A stretch of DNA of 64,000 nt from Eledone cirrhosa. Taxonomy: Eukaryota. Position 1 is the first letter of the stretch; every line of letters starts with the position of its first letter. Of this stretch, positions 13,071 through 25,185 are shown one piece after another. The stretch is from positions 389,546,001 to 389,610,000 of the forward strand of contig OZ024740.1 of assembly GCA_964016885.1 (NCBI GenBank). Reading direction: 5' to 3'. A model generated the notes under the pieces. It saw only the letters and a list, made by a program, of their open reading frames with translations. It was not told where the DNA came from and searched no databases. The position numbers and the translations under genes were made by a program.

Positions 13071-13334
13071 AAACAATATTTAAAACGATATATTTATTTC
13101 TACTGATATACACAGGCTGTAGTGGCGGTGGCTATTGTTATATTAATCGAATGGACATAGCCGTGACCTCCCAACTAATAGATATCTAAGGTTACGTTAT
13201 GTATTCTTTCCTTTCTTTTAAAGAGAGTTGGGTCTCATTTGATGGAGATTTGTCTGTTATTTCTAGCAGATCGAGCTACTGCACAAAGGTTTAACTACTA
13301 AATGCACATGTATTGTGTGGTTGAGTTGGTTAGT

Positions 13335-13522
13335 GCCTCCCACAAAGTCTTCATGTGGTAGAGGGTCAGACATGTTTTCCAGCGTAGTTACGTCCCTTTA
13401 CGATCTGAGTTCAAATCCTGCCGAGGTTAACTTTGCCTTTCATCCTTACAGGGTCGATAAAATAAAGTACCAGTAATACACTGGATAATTGCTGGCTTGT
13501 GCCAAAAGTAGAAACGATTATC
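13335..13522 (+). mobile_element. tRNA-derived SINE, same family, opposite orientation
   Basis: gagttcaaatcctgccgaggttaactttgcctttcatccttacagggtcgataaaataaagtaccag. Confidence 0.85.
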
Positions 13523-13699
13523 ATTTAACATTCAATGCTGGCATCATCTCAGACCATGTCAGTACTTAATTGGTGCCACTGTCCTTCCAGATGTGCTGGG
13601 GACCACGTCTCACATCCATTATGGTTTTAGCATGATTTCTACAGCAGGATGCCCTTCCTATCACCAACTACTTTACAGAGTGTACTGGGTGCAGGGCCT

Positions 13700-13975
13700 A
13701 ATTGCTGATAACTTTCAGGAATATATCTATTCTGTTGGTAACACTCCCTAACACCAATAACAATGGAGGTTACTTTGTGGAGTTATTCCACAATATCCTT
13801 ATCAATATCCTTTTACTTTATAATCTTTTCCTGTTCCTTGTTGGTCATGTTCATGTCAATAATTATACATTCTTTTGATACTTTGTCTATAATAGCTATG
13901 TCAAGTATGCTAGCCTGTATTGTTTGGTCTGTCTGGATGGTGAAATCTTAAAGTACTTTGAACCTATCATTCTCT
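13700..13975 (-). mobile_element. R4/Dong-like LINE remnant (restriction-like endonuclease)
   Basis: Minus-strand translation ENDRFKVL*DFTIQTDQTIQASILDIAIIDKVSKECIIID...KEQEKIIK matches the WDF.IQTD....RPDI...DK....IID motif. Confidence 0.7.
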
Positions 13976-14974
13976 TGTTTGGATGTAGAGTTAAGGAAAC
14001 ATAAACAACATTAGCCTTGTTGAGGTTGATAAACAATTAAAGACATCTTTGCAGATGTCTGTCAATTTTTTGGAGACAAAGTCTGATGATGTTTTTACAC
14101 TGAAGAAAATGAAGCCATATTAACAAGATACAAAAATAATAAAGATGTTACTAATTCTGTAAAAATATCTTTCAACAATAGATATGAAAAATAACATATT
14201 ATTGAAGGGATCTGCTTATATGTCTATCTAGCACAAAAAGACAGTCCTATCTATTGACTGGATTGCCATGTAAGTGTTAATAGATTTTTAATAAAATCAG
14301 GTTGTAAATGAAAAGATGAGGTACATCTATCATCATCATCTCACTAATTCATTCCATTTCATATTTAATCTGCCATTTCTATATGTATAGTGCATATGCT
14401 ATGTTTAGAAAATGGCCTATCCAAATCTGTAACCTGTTTTTTATTTATTCCAAGTTGTTCATATCTAAATCTCTAAGATTAGTTATTGTTAATTAGATTA
14501 TAATTTTTCAAAATATTAACCTCATGATTGGAGGTGAAACAGTTATTTAGTATTTACATTTACACTATTTTAGGTAGCTTCATCTCTGTTCATTATCAGG
14601 TGTCTTATACCAGGATATGTGCGTAGTACCAAATGGGATCTTTATTTCTAAACTAAACTAAGGGTAATTACATCACTGCACTAGAAGGTAGTAGGTAAGA
14701 TAAGGTTAATAGTTAAAATGACTTATCTCACTTGTATCTCTTTCATTTAAGTGCTTATACTTTTTAGAAAGATTCACAACACTTCTATTTCGTTTCTTCT
14801 TAAGTTCATTTGACCTGATCATCCTTTTATGAATACATTTATCTAATCCCAAAGAAGATATGCAGTATACTCTTTATTACACTTTTGCACGGTATATATA
14901 AAACACTTATCCTTTTACTATTTTACTATTTGAAAGCAGAAGACAACTAACAAACATTATTTCTTTTTTATATA

Positions 14975-15166
14975 GGGTGGTGGTTTGGCAGTATCGGTAG
15001 AGGGTCGGACAACATGCTTTGTAGCACAGAGTTACGCCCCTTTCTGATCTGGGTTCAAATCCTGCCGAGGTTAACTTTGCCTTTCATCCTTACAGGGTCG
15101 ATAAAATAAAGTACCAGTAATGCACTGGGTAATTGCTGGCCTTGTGCCAAAAGTAGAAACAATTAT
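14975..15166 (+). mobile_element. tRNA-derived SINE, near complete
   Basis: A-box-like tggcagtatcggtag, B-box-like ggttcaaatcc, then the same core. Confidence 0.85.
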
Positions 15167-15376
15167 TTCTTTTTTATATATATTGTAAGAAGTGCAGCTG
15201 AAGTGTATGATAAAGTTATATCTACATAAACACAGAGTGTGAAACCGAGATTGCATGGATGTGTATGAATATATACACATATCTAATATGTAGGCATGTA
15301 AACATTGCAGAATAATATTAAGAGCGAATGGGTATAATTTACCCATCAAATACATATTTCCTTGTGGCTGATATAC

Positions 15377-15425
15377 ACGTCTTCTGATGAGGCTCCAATA
15401 AGATCCAAAAATTGATTGAAGACGT
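15377..15425 (+). ncRNA. Decayed minimal type I hammerhead ribozyme-like motif (Penelope-type)
   Basis: Stem I acgtctt/aagacgt, CTGATGA core, stem II ggctc/gatcc; GAAA reads AAAA and the cleavage-site base is G. Confidence 0.5.
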
Positions 15426-15429
15426 TTAT

Positions 15430-16590
15430 CATTTTTTTAATTTACAGGGAAATTTGTGGCATCAGTGTCATTTCTCACACACCTTTCCCCAACAACATCT
15501 CAATTCACACTGACACACCGCATTCAGATGTGGAACATTCATGTCTCTGGTCCTTACGTTGCAAGACATTGGCAAATTATCTTTTTTCAGCCTCTCTTCG
15601 GGCTGTATATAGCTTCTCTCTTAGCTACCTGGTACTGTTTTTCCAAGCCTGTCTTTTGGCTTTAATGGCTCTGTCCATTGTGCTGTTCCACCACTAGGTC
15701 ACCCTCTGTCTGGCTGGTACTTTACTCGAGCCACAAGTCTCATCAGTAGTTTGTAAAAGGTTGTCACACAAGAATTTTCAATTGTCCTCTATGTTATATG
15801 CTTCCAGCTCGTCATGCATTCCGTAAGGCCTTTCTAAACCTATATTTAGCCAAAAGTTCCTTTAGCTTCCAAACCGTCTGTCTCCATGTTTTCCTGCATA
15901 TCTTGTTCTGTCTTATCTTTAATCTGATGTCACTAATAACTAACATGTGTTGGGCGGCACATTCTTCCCCAAGGAAGACCTTAGCATTACAGTCCATTTA
16001 TCTTCTTTTACAAGTAAGAAATTAATCTGGCTTGTGTGTTCGCCTGATTGGTATGTGATCAGATGGCTAGCCGGTTTCCTGAAATCTGTGTTGCAAATGG
16101 TTTGTTCATTTGCCTCACAGAATTCCAGATGCTTCACTCTCTTCATTTCTTGAGCCATAACCATAGCTGCTGTGAACTCCAGGGAATCCATCATGATACT
16201 GTCCAACATGTCCATTAAAGTTGCCTGTCAAGATGTTGAAGTCTCTTTTGTCAATAGCTGAAGTTGTCAGTAAAAGTTCCTCATAAAACCTGTCTTTGTT
16301 CTTTTCTCAGTCCTGTCTGTGGTGCATAGTAGTTGTAATTGCCATCATTCTATTTCCTACAGCTATTCTCAGCTTGATAATTCTGTCACTTAGTCTAACT
16401 ACCTCTATCACCTTACCTATCCACTTTTCAGCAAGCAGAATGCCTATACCACTTATCCCATTGTCATTTCCCACCCAGTAAAATTTGTATCTATATTGTT
16501 TTCCTGTGAGTAGTCTTGCTGAAGCACCCTCCATCTCTCCTCTCTAACAGTTCCACAATTTCACTTGATTTACCTTTCAAGATTCATAAC
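15430..16590 (-). mobile_element. Decayed RTE LINE (APE endonuclease region)
   Basis: Frameshifted YKFYWVGNDNGISGIGILLAEKW, ICNTDFRKPASHLITYQSG and EECAAQHMLVISD. Confidence 0.85.
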
Positions 16591-17034
16591 TTAACCACGG
16601 TTAGTTTCTTGAGTTGCAGTTCTTTGTACCTGGAAGGGAAAATGGCTGTGTGATTGCATGATGATGGTTGAGGGGTTCTTGCACATGGCTGTTTTAGCCA
16701 CCCCACTACTGTACACAGCACAGTAGAGTGTCATATGTATTGTGCTTTTCATAATTTTGGCAGGGATTTTCTGGCTGGATGCCTTTCCCATCACCTACCA
16801 CTTTACAGTATGGACTGGGTGCATTTATTTGTGGCAACCAGCACTAAAGAGGTCTTAATGGACTCAAGGGTTCTCTCCACCCTATATCAGTTTTTATTCA
16901 GAGTTTCTTCTTTCTTAGATGGGTTGCCTTCACTACAGCTTATGGAGTCCTTGTCTACCCCAAGCAGTGGTTTTTATTCGGAGTCACTGTCCTCCCAAAT
17001 GGGTTGCCTTTACTACGGCTTGCTATATTGATAG

Positions 17035-17695
17035 CTAGACACCACATCCGACATATTTTGTTGTAGTACAAACATGGCAGCATCAGAACCCTTGTTGACA
17101 TATTTGCACACATACTTTATAGTTTCCCTATCTAGCCCCACCCTCAATTCCGTTTTCAGGAAAAAGGCAATTTCAAGCATATCGGAGGTGAGATTAGTTA
17201 AAAACACACAAAAATATTTTGGAAGAAAAAAATATATACTTGTTTCAATTACACAACAGAATGGTGGCCTATGTTTTATCAATGCTCTGGGTGGAACTGG
17301 TAAAATCTTCTTGATAAACCTATTGTTATCTAAAATTCAACAAGACCAAAAAATAGCTTTAGTGGTGGCTTCATCTGGAATTGCCACTTCATTTTTACCT
17401 AGAGGTCAGACAGCTCATTCTGCTCTCAAATTGGTCTTGGGCTTCAGTCAATGAAATGTCCATGTGTCATATAAAGGACACAGGAGCTGCCCAAGTATTG
17501 CAAAGATGTGTGGAAATTTTGGGTGATGACTGTACAATGGTGCACAGACATGCATTGGAGGCCATGGACAGAACACTGAAAGATATCCAGAACAGCACAA
17601 CAATCATGGGAGGAATCGCTGTCGTTTTATCAGGGGATTTCCAACAAACTTTACCTGTAATGTCAAAAGGGATTCACACCGATCAAATTTGAGCT
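17035..17695. mobile_element. Helitron Rep/Hel fragments: Rep-region piece on the minus strand (~17035-17125) and PIF1 helicase piece on the plus strand (~17235-17692)
   Basis: IKYVCKYVNKGSDAAMF (-); GGTGKIFLINLLL...VASSGIATSFLPRGQTAHS and DRTLKDI...GGIAVVLSGDFQQTLPV (+). Decayed 3'-end-like cagggcaaaagctgggtgactgttagt near 18019-18045. Confidence 0.85.
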
Positions 17696-18059
17696 TGCCT
17701 GATTGGTAGGTTATTAGGTGGTTGGCAGGTTTCCTGAAGTTAGTGTTGCAAATGGTTAGTTCACTTGCATCACAAAATTCAAGAAGCCTCCCCCCTTCGT
17801 TTCTTGATCGATAACTCCAGTGTATCCATCCTGGAGCTGTCCAACATGACCATTGAAGTCACCTGCTAGTATAACTAGGTCTCTGTCATTATGATTGGCT
17901 CTAGAAGTTGCTCGTAAAATGTTCTAATTATGTTATGTAATATTTAAGTACTTTTTAACACCCTTTATTTAAGGAAAACGGGAATTATGATAGATGTCAA
18001 TTTGAGCACTGTACAGATCAGGGCAAAAGCTGGGTGACTGTTAGTATATATATATATTA

Positions 18060-18089
<30 letters not shown>

Positions 18090-18091
<2 letters not shown>

Positions 18092-18435
18092 CATTATAAG
18101 AAAGTGAATGAAATATATTCATACACACATAAAGTGTGCATTAAGATATATCAAAGCTTAAAACTAGAGACAATCTACACTGAAAGTAAGATTACATAAT
18201 TCGTTGAGTATCTTATTAAATTTAATAAAAAATTAAAACAAAATACCTGATAACAATCAATATATTGATCATTATCGGGTATTTTGTTTTAATTTTTTAT
18301 TAAATTTAATAAGATACTCAACGAATTATGTAATCTTACTTTCAGTGCAGATTGTCTCTAGTTTTAAGCTTTGATATATCTTAATGCACACTTTATGTGT
18401 GTATGAATATATTCCATTCACTTACTTATAATGAT
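18090..18435. repeat. 346 bp near-perfect palindrome with no loop
   Basis: 173 bp arms centred at 18262/18263; 6 mismatched positions by manual alignment. Confidence 0.95.
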
Positions 18436-18735
18436 TAAGGCTCGATTTTATTCTCTGAATTCTATCTTGAGCTGTTTTTAGAGACAAGACATATGTTTGA
18501 TTTTTGTATCATTCATGACATCCTTTACTTTGAATGTAATAATAATAATAATATATATATATACACACACATATATATGGTCTCATCTTCCAAAAATTGA
18601 ATACTCATACATCTATTGAGAATCTTTCTCCCTCATTTGCACATCCAAGTACATTGTCTGTTTGCTTTGTTTATTTATGTATGCAAAGAAATGAATTAAA
18701 TTGCAAAACACTGGATTTAATTCCACCATCAACTA

Positions 18736-21001
18736 ATCATCATCACCGTTTTATGTCCGTTCTTCCACACTAGCATGGGTTAGACGGGTTGTCCTGTTGT
18801 GGGCAGTGTCTGGTCGGCTGACCATGCCTTGCTCATACAGGAACTGATTTTAGCTTGATTTCTACAGCTGGATACCCTTCCTAACACCAACCGCATTTAT
18901 AGTGAGTGCTGGGTGCTTTTTCGTGGCGCCTACACGTCCATTTTACAGTGTGGGCTGGGTGCTTTTTTGCCGTGGCACCTCCACGACCACATTGCAGTGG
19001 GAGGGTGTGGGGACATATTGTCTATATGCTTCAGCTTGTACCCATGGGAGGTCGGGTACTCTGTATTACTGCGTGACGCCAGAGGTCACGGTCGTGTGTC
19101 ATTGCCTTTGAGAGGTGTAATTGGGTAAGGTCGGCTTTTATCACCTCATCCCAGGTCTTCTTGGGTCTCCCCACTCCGCGGTTTCCATCGACTTCTAGTG
19201 CTCTGCACCTTTTTATGCAGCTGTCATCCTTCATACGAATCACATGTCCATACCAACGCAACCGCCTATCCTGCACACAGCATTTGATTCCTCTTATGCT
19301 CAGTCTCTCTCTCAATTCATTTATGCTTTGTCGTTCGCGTATATTACTATTACACATCCATCGGGGCATGCAGGCTTCGTTTCTCTCTAATCTACGTAAG
19401 TCTTTCACCTTCAGCGCCCAGGTCTCACTACCATGTAACATTGCTGTTCGGATACACGCATCATACAGTCTGCCTTTCATTTTGAGGGAGAAGCCTTTTG
19501 CAGCTAGCAGTGGCAGTAGTTCCCTGAACTTCTTCCATCCCGTTTTTACCCTAGTTATTGTACTTTCTGAACACCCACCTCCGCTACTAATTCAGTCACC
19601 TAGGTAGCAGAAGCTGTCTACTGTTTCTACAGAGCCCTCCCAGAGATTGGTGGTACTTGTTTCCTGTGGCTGTTTGCTGCTTGCTGTCTCAGCACAGCTG
19701 CTGCATGTGAAGCCTACATACAGGAGTTCCCATGGGCATCCGGTCTTAAACTCCTCCGTTATTGCCTGCAGGACTATGATGAACAGGAGAGGGCTAAGAA
19801 CAGAGCCCTGGTGGACACCAACCTGTACGCTAAATTCCTCGCTATACTCATTGCTAATCCTAACTTTGCTGACTGCTCCCCTATACATGGCTTGTACAGC
19901 TTTCACGAGCCATTCATCTACTCCTAGTTTTCTAAGAGCCCACCAGATTACAGCACGTGGAACTCTGTCAAAGGCCTTCTCGAGATCGACGAATGCCAGG
20001 TAGAGTGGCTTACTTTTACCTAGGTACTTTTCCTGTAACTGCCTCACAAGCAAGAGGGCATCAGTGGTGCCTCTTCCTGGTACAAACCCAAATTGCATCT
20101 CATCTATTTTCACCTGGTCCCTAATCAACTGTGCTATAACTCTTTCTGTTACTTTCATGACCTGGTCCATCAGCTTTATACCTCTATAGTTTCCTCTATC
20201 TAGTGCATCACCTTTACCTTTGTAGCAGTTGACAATGATGCTACTGCACCAATCTTTTGGTATGACACCTTCTAGTATTACCTGGTTAACAATACGTGTG
20301 GTTATAGTGTGACCTACAGACCCAGATGCCTTCAGCATCTTCGCAGCTATACCCGATGGACCGGTTTCCTTCCCCATCTTCATATCTTTGATTGCCTTAC
20401 TTACTACGCTGCTGCTGACTTGTACTGCTGGCCCCTCTATAGGGTCTACTTGGGGTAGGGTCTCTTCCCATGCATTCTCCTCATTTAGTAATCTATAATA
20501 ATGGCTCTTCCATGCATCTTTCTTCTCAGCACTTGTGAGGGCAAGCTCACCTTTATCATTCCGGATACACTTCTCTCCAATGACATCACAATTCTCTCTG
20601 ACACACTCCTCGCAATCTTGAACACCTATTTCTGGTCCTCACGTTGCAAAACATGCTTGAATTTTCTATCCTCTGCTTCCCTCCTAGCTAAGTATACTTG
20701 TCACCTAGCTTCCCTCTTGGTCTCTATGTAATGTACCCTGCTCCCCCCCGTTCTTCCATTCTTTCCATGCCTGTCTCTTGGCCTTAACTGCCTCATCTAC
20801 CTTATTGTTCCACCACCAAGTCACTCTCCTGCTTGTGGTCTTACTCCAGCCACAGATCTCATCCGTCGCCTCTAGTAAGTTATTTTTTAGGAACTTCCAG
20901 TGCTCTTCTACATTGAATGTCTCTATCTGTTCTTCTCTATTGTCGTAGGCGTTGAGTAAAATATCTTTAAATCTGTTACTGGCTGAGGGGTCTTTCAGCT
21001 G
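18736..21001 (-). mobile_element. RTE LINE family A, copy 1 (5'-truncated, internal deletion)
   Basis: RT motifs YLAFVDLEKAFD and QGSVLSPLLF, (CAT)n tail; the YADD motif is lost. Confidence 0.95.
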
Positions 21002-21177
21002 ATATTAATAGTTATTTGTAAATTGATTCTTTATCATTAAATCAATTTGTCAACTCTAGTTTTTTTCCTGTCCAACCTATGTCCAAAATATATAATTAAA
21101 AAATTGTATTGGAATTACCTGCTGAATGTCCATGTTTAGTATCATATCATTAGAGTTAAAAACCAGGCTTTATTTAA

Positions 21178-21398
21178 CCCTTTAGCATTTAAACCGGCCA
21201 TATCCGGCCAGAATTCTCTCACCTCTTTCTGTACAAACTGGCTGTAACTAGCCACTCATACTGATATTAAGGTCTTGTTTTTAAAGTAAATGGTAACATC
21301 ATCAAAATCTCATAGATTCAATGTGAATAATTATGTGAGATAAAGCCTTTACTGCAAAAATACAATAGTATATATAGAGTAATGTGAATGCTAAAGGG
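21178..21398. mobile_element. piggyBac-type MITE
   Basis: TTAA on both sides, TIRs ccctttagcatt/aatgctaaaggg; inverted relative to the copies at 30898 and 51309. Confidence 0.85.
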
Positions 21399-22684
21399 TT
21401 AAAAAATGTTTATCCTTATATTTTCATTATCACTTATCCTTCAGCATAGAATTTTACAAATTACTTATAAAAAATCTGCTTATAACTGTAGAAAGAAGGG
21501 CTTTCTGTAGAATTCATTTTGTTCACAGGAAGACAGTTTGTGTAATTGAAGAGTGTACTTAATTAATTGCTGACATTTTAAATTATAATTGGATTCAATC
21601 TTATGTCTTCTTCAGCCATTAGTGTTTTTTTTCCTCTCTTTACTACCAATTTAGAAGTCTGTTTGATCTGACATTTTAATATTGGAGCTTTTAACTGAGG
21701 ATGTCCACACCCACTTGAGTAAATGACTCAATCTCTAGTATAGTTTTCTATAAATAAATATAAAAATCCTGTCTTTGGTTATTCAAATGTAAAGTCAACC
21801 CATGCTAGCGTGGAAAATGGACGTTAAACGAAGATGATGATGAGATGATGAAAGTAAAAACAAGCTATTTATATTTTTGAAATCATGTTGGCACATAACT
21901 GATGATTATAATTTTGATAGTCTGGCATGGGTTTATGAGGGAGTTAAGGAACCTGGGAGGGGGTATTTTGGAATCATAAAAATATGTTAAGAACCTCTAA
22001 TACAAATGTAATTATTATTATCATCAGCACCATATTTTACATTTGTTTTATTATGTTGGCATAAGCTGGATTACATTTGTAATGCAGCAGTAGCCTTCCA
22101 TATGTTTTGTGTCAACATGAACACTTTACAGCGTAAGCATGCCCTTGCAACAAAACCCATAGTAAATGTGAAATTATATTGTTTAGCTGTGAATAAAAGT
22201 TAACTGTGCTCATACTAAAAGCTTCATTTACTATATATAGCCACGAAAAATGTGTAGACTATATAATTACATATTGTTAAAGTGAGTAATTGTGAATCAA
22301 GTGAGAAAATAACTAAGTTTATAGCGTACGTTAACCAAGATAGGAATTTACAAGGACTGGCTTGAAAAGGGCACTGTTGAGTGTGTTTTTTTTCATTACT
22401 AGGTTAATTTGTATGTAATAAAACTATACTTTGTACGTAAATGATTGATACTTTTTAAAATTGTTTATTTCCTCCTTGTTGACTCCAAATTTTATTATAT
22501 TGATATTTTGTTTAATACTTATGACTACTTTTAAATCCATAAACTTACAGATTTTATTACTAAAAACAAACTCTGAGAAAACAAAATTGGAATAAAATTT
22601 AATATCACAAGCCTTAATTAGTTCTTTAAAGGAGATACAAAACCAACATTTTCAACTGAAATATCATGTCTATTAGAAACCAGG

Positions 22685-23760
22685 CTTAACTGTTGTGACT
22701 ATAATTCTGAGTTGTGTAGCAGCATGTCAATTAGGTGTAGTCCACGGATCTGCTTTTTTCCAGTTAAAGTATGTCTCCAATGCATCAGATGGAGTACAAT
22801 GTCTGGACATGCTGCTCTTTCTCCTGACCAGTCAAGTGGTGGTCACATATGTGGTGGGCAAGCCAGAGTGTAACAGCTACTATTCTTTTGCGCCTAATGT
22901 TAATGTTGTGTGTTTCATCACACTTTGTGACTAGTGAAGTTATTGATATTGCAGGAGTTTATGTTTAGGGTGCTGTTCTAGTAGTGAATGTTATGGGCTG
23001 TTGTATATTCGTTTGGAGGATATTTTTCATGTAGTAGCAGGGACTATGAGGATTGAAGCTTGTTGTGACAATAAACTATGCCCTTTGCATGTCCAGGTGG
23101 TCTGTGTACAACTTGTGATGGTGCATATGAAATAGTTTTATATATTTTGTAGTTCATTATGGTCTGTTGTAGAGAGACTCTAGTAGGACTGGCATAGTCT
23201 ACAATAGATCTAATGTATTGTTTCTATGCCATTGTTGTTTCTTTCTGCATAGTTTCATTAGCACGTCTTCTACTTATTAAAAAACATGTCCCCATATATT
23301 CTTCAGGGGTGAATTTTAACTTAATAAATAGAAGACTTGAAAGATGATCTATTTGAAGTCATCTAACCCATGCTAGCATGGAAAATGGACGTTAAACGAA
23401 GATGATGATGATGATGATGATGATGTTGTGGGGAAATACATAAATTCATTTTTCTGAAGCTTCTTTTACTGTTGACAATAGTATTGTACTTATAGCCATT
23501 AGCAACTGCTGAAAATGTGCTGGAAGTATTTATTTCTCCTTTAAATTCCTTAAATTCTCTATAGGCTCTGATACATAACTTGTCGTTGAAGTCAAACTGT
23601 TCTGGAATATTGTTAATTTCTAAATATTTTGTCTGGTTAATTAACTTTTTACATTTACCGTTGGAAGTTCAAACAATCTGGAGCTTTTATTATTGATTAA
23701 TCTCCTTGAAAGCTATTGTTGGTGCATAATAAGTACTTTACCATCTATAAGATTTATCCT
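22685..23760 (-). mobile_element. Highly decayed Penelope-like element
   Basis: Weak minus-strand remnants QFDFNDK, IVTTSFNPHSP...KNILQTN and CPTTYV; interrupted by a (GAT)n-tailed fragment. Confidence 0.35.
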
Positions 23761-23991
23761 ATTAAATACCACCTGACTTAGTACCTACTGTATTTGAGCA
23801 GAATATTTCCATGGCTTCACTATTTAAGATTCAAGCACTACGATAGTTCATTTAATAGTGTTCAAGTGACAGTTCAAACATAGGCTAATGATTCTAATAC
23901 TTTTTTCAGCCTCAACCTATAATCTGTTCTTTCTACACTAGATCTTGAAGCATCACAGCTGGCTTCTCTAAAATAATCCAAATAACTTTAG

Positions 23992-24244
23992 CCCTTTTGA
24001 TATCAAATCACCTGAAACTAGCCTGGATTTATGATACAAAACTGCCCATTTTAAAATGTTTATCCTTATAATAAACATTCCATCATGATTTTTTTTTAGA
24101 TATTTTTCGTAAGTAATGTTCTAAATACCAGCATACTAATGAAAAACTTAATTATAACTTAAATTTCTCCAAATGTTAATTATTTTCAAATTTAGTTGAA
24201 GCACATAGGCAGTGTATTTCATTAAAAATATGGTAATCAAAGGG
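23992..24244. mobile_element. Second piggyBac-type MITE family, degenerate
   Basis: Termini tta(g)cccttttgat and atcaaagggttaa. Confidence 0.5.
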
Positions 24245-24614
24245 TTAAAAGATTGTCATATATTCTTTATAGTTCAATAAGATGAAGCATCTCATTTCAT
24301 AGGGTAAATATGACCAATTATCAACTGTTGACTATGAAGAGCCTCATTACATACAATTAAATTGTGATTCACGAAGACATAAATATTTGAAAATGATTGA
24401 AACCTACAACTTCAACCTTATCTACACTATGTTCAAACCTGTGGCTGGCAGAGTGCCAAACCGTTGCATTAGGAAAATTACCAAGAAATAGTTTTAGAGC
24501 TTCTGATTTTCATCCTAACATTACTGATGCAACATCATCATTTACAAATAATACCACTTTCTTTTAGTTATTGCACTGAAAAACCACCTCTTTGTAAACA
24601 ACCTAGAAGCTCAT

Positions 24615-25185
24615 TATCATCACCATCATCATCAACGTTTAACCTCTACCTTCCACGCTAGTATGGGTTTAGATGGGAATTGTCCCACTTGAGGCATGAT
24701 TGGTTGTATAGGACTGTCTGGTAGGTTTTCTATGGCCGGATGCCCTTCCTAACACCAACCACGTTTACAGTGTGGACTGGGATGTTTTTACTGTGTTACC
24801 TACATAGCCACATTACAGCGTGGACTGTGTGTTTTTTTGTCGTGACACCTACACGACCTCATTTATTTAGGACTGGATGTTGTGGTACCAACATAACATT
24901 ACAGAGAAAGGGGTGGGGGTGGGAGGGAGTTGGAGTAGTGGGATGGGGGTGTATATTTGATTAAGAGATGCCTACTGACTGTAGGTTTCGCTTTGTACTT
25001 AGGCAAAGCAGGTCTTCTGTATTACTGCGTAACACCAAAGATCTCGGTCCAGTGACATTGTCTTAGAGAGGTGTAAGTGTGTAAGGTCGGAATTTATCAA
25101 ATCGTCCCAGGTTTTTCTGGGTCTGCCTACTCCGTAACTTCCATCAATTTTGATCGCCCTGCACTTTTTTATACAGTTGTGGTCT
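24615..25185 (-). mobile_element. RTE family B-like 3' fragment
   Basis: Aligns by eye with 55657-56235 (3' UTR and last codons). Confidence 0.85.

Noticed and set aside
17235-17692. Host PIF1 helicase gene
   Set aside because: Intronless, frameshifted, motif-damaged and adjacent to a Helitron Rep fragment.
24303-24491. Extra transporter exon (GKYDQLSTVDYEEPHY...)
   Set aside because: An acceptor-like site exists, but there is no phase-compatible donor, the frame ends in a stop, and it shows no family similarity.
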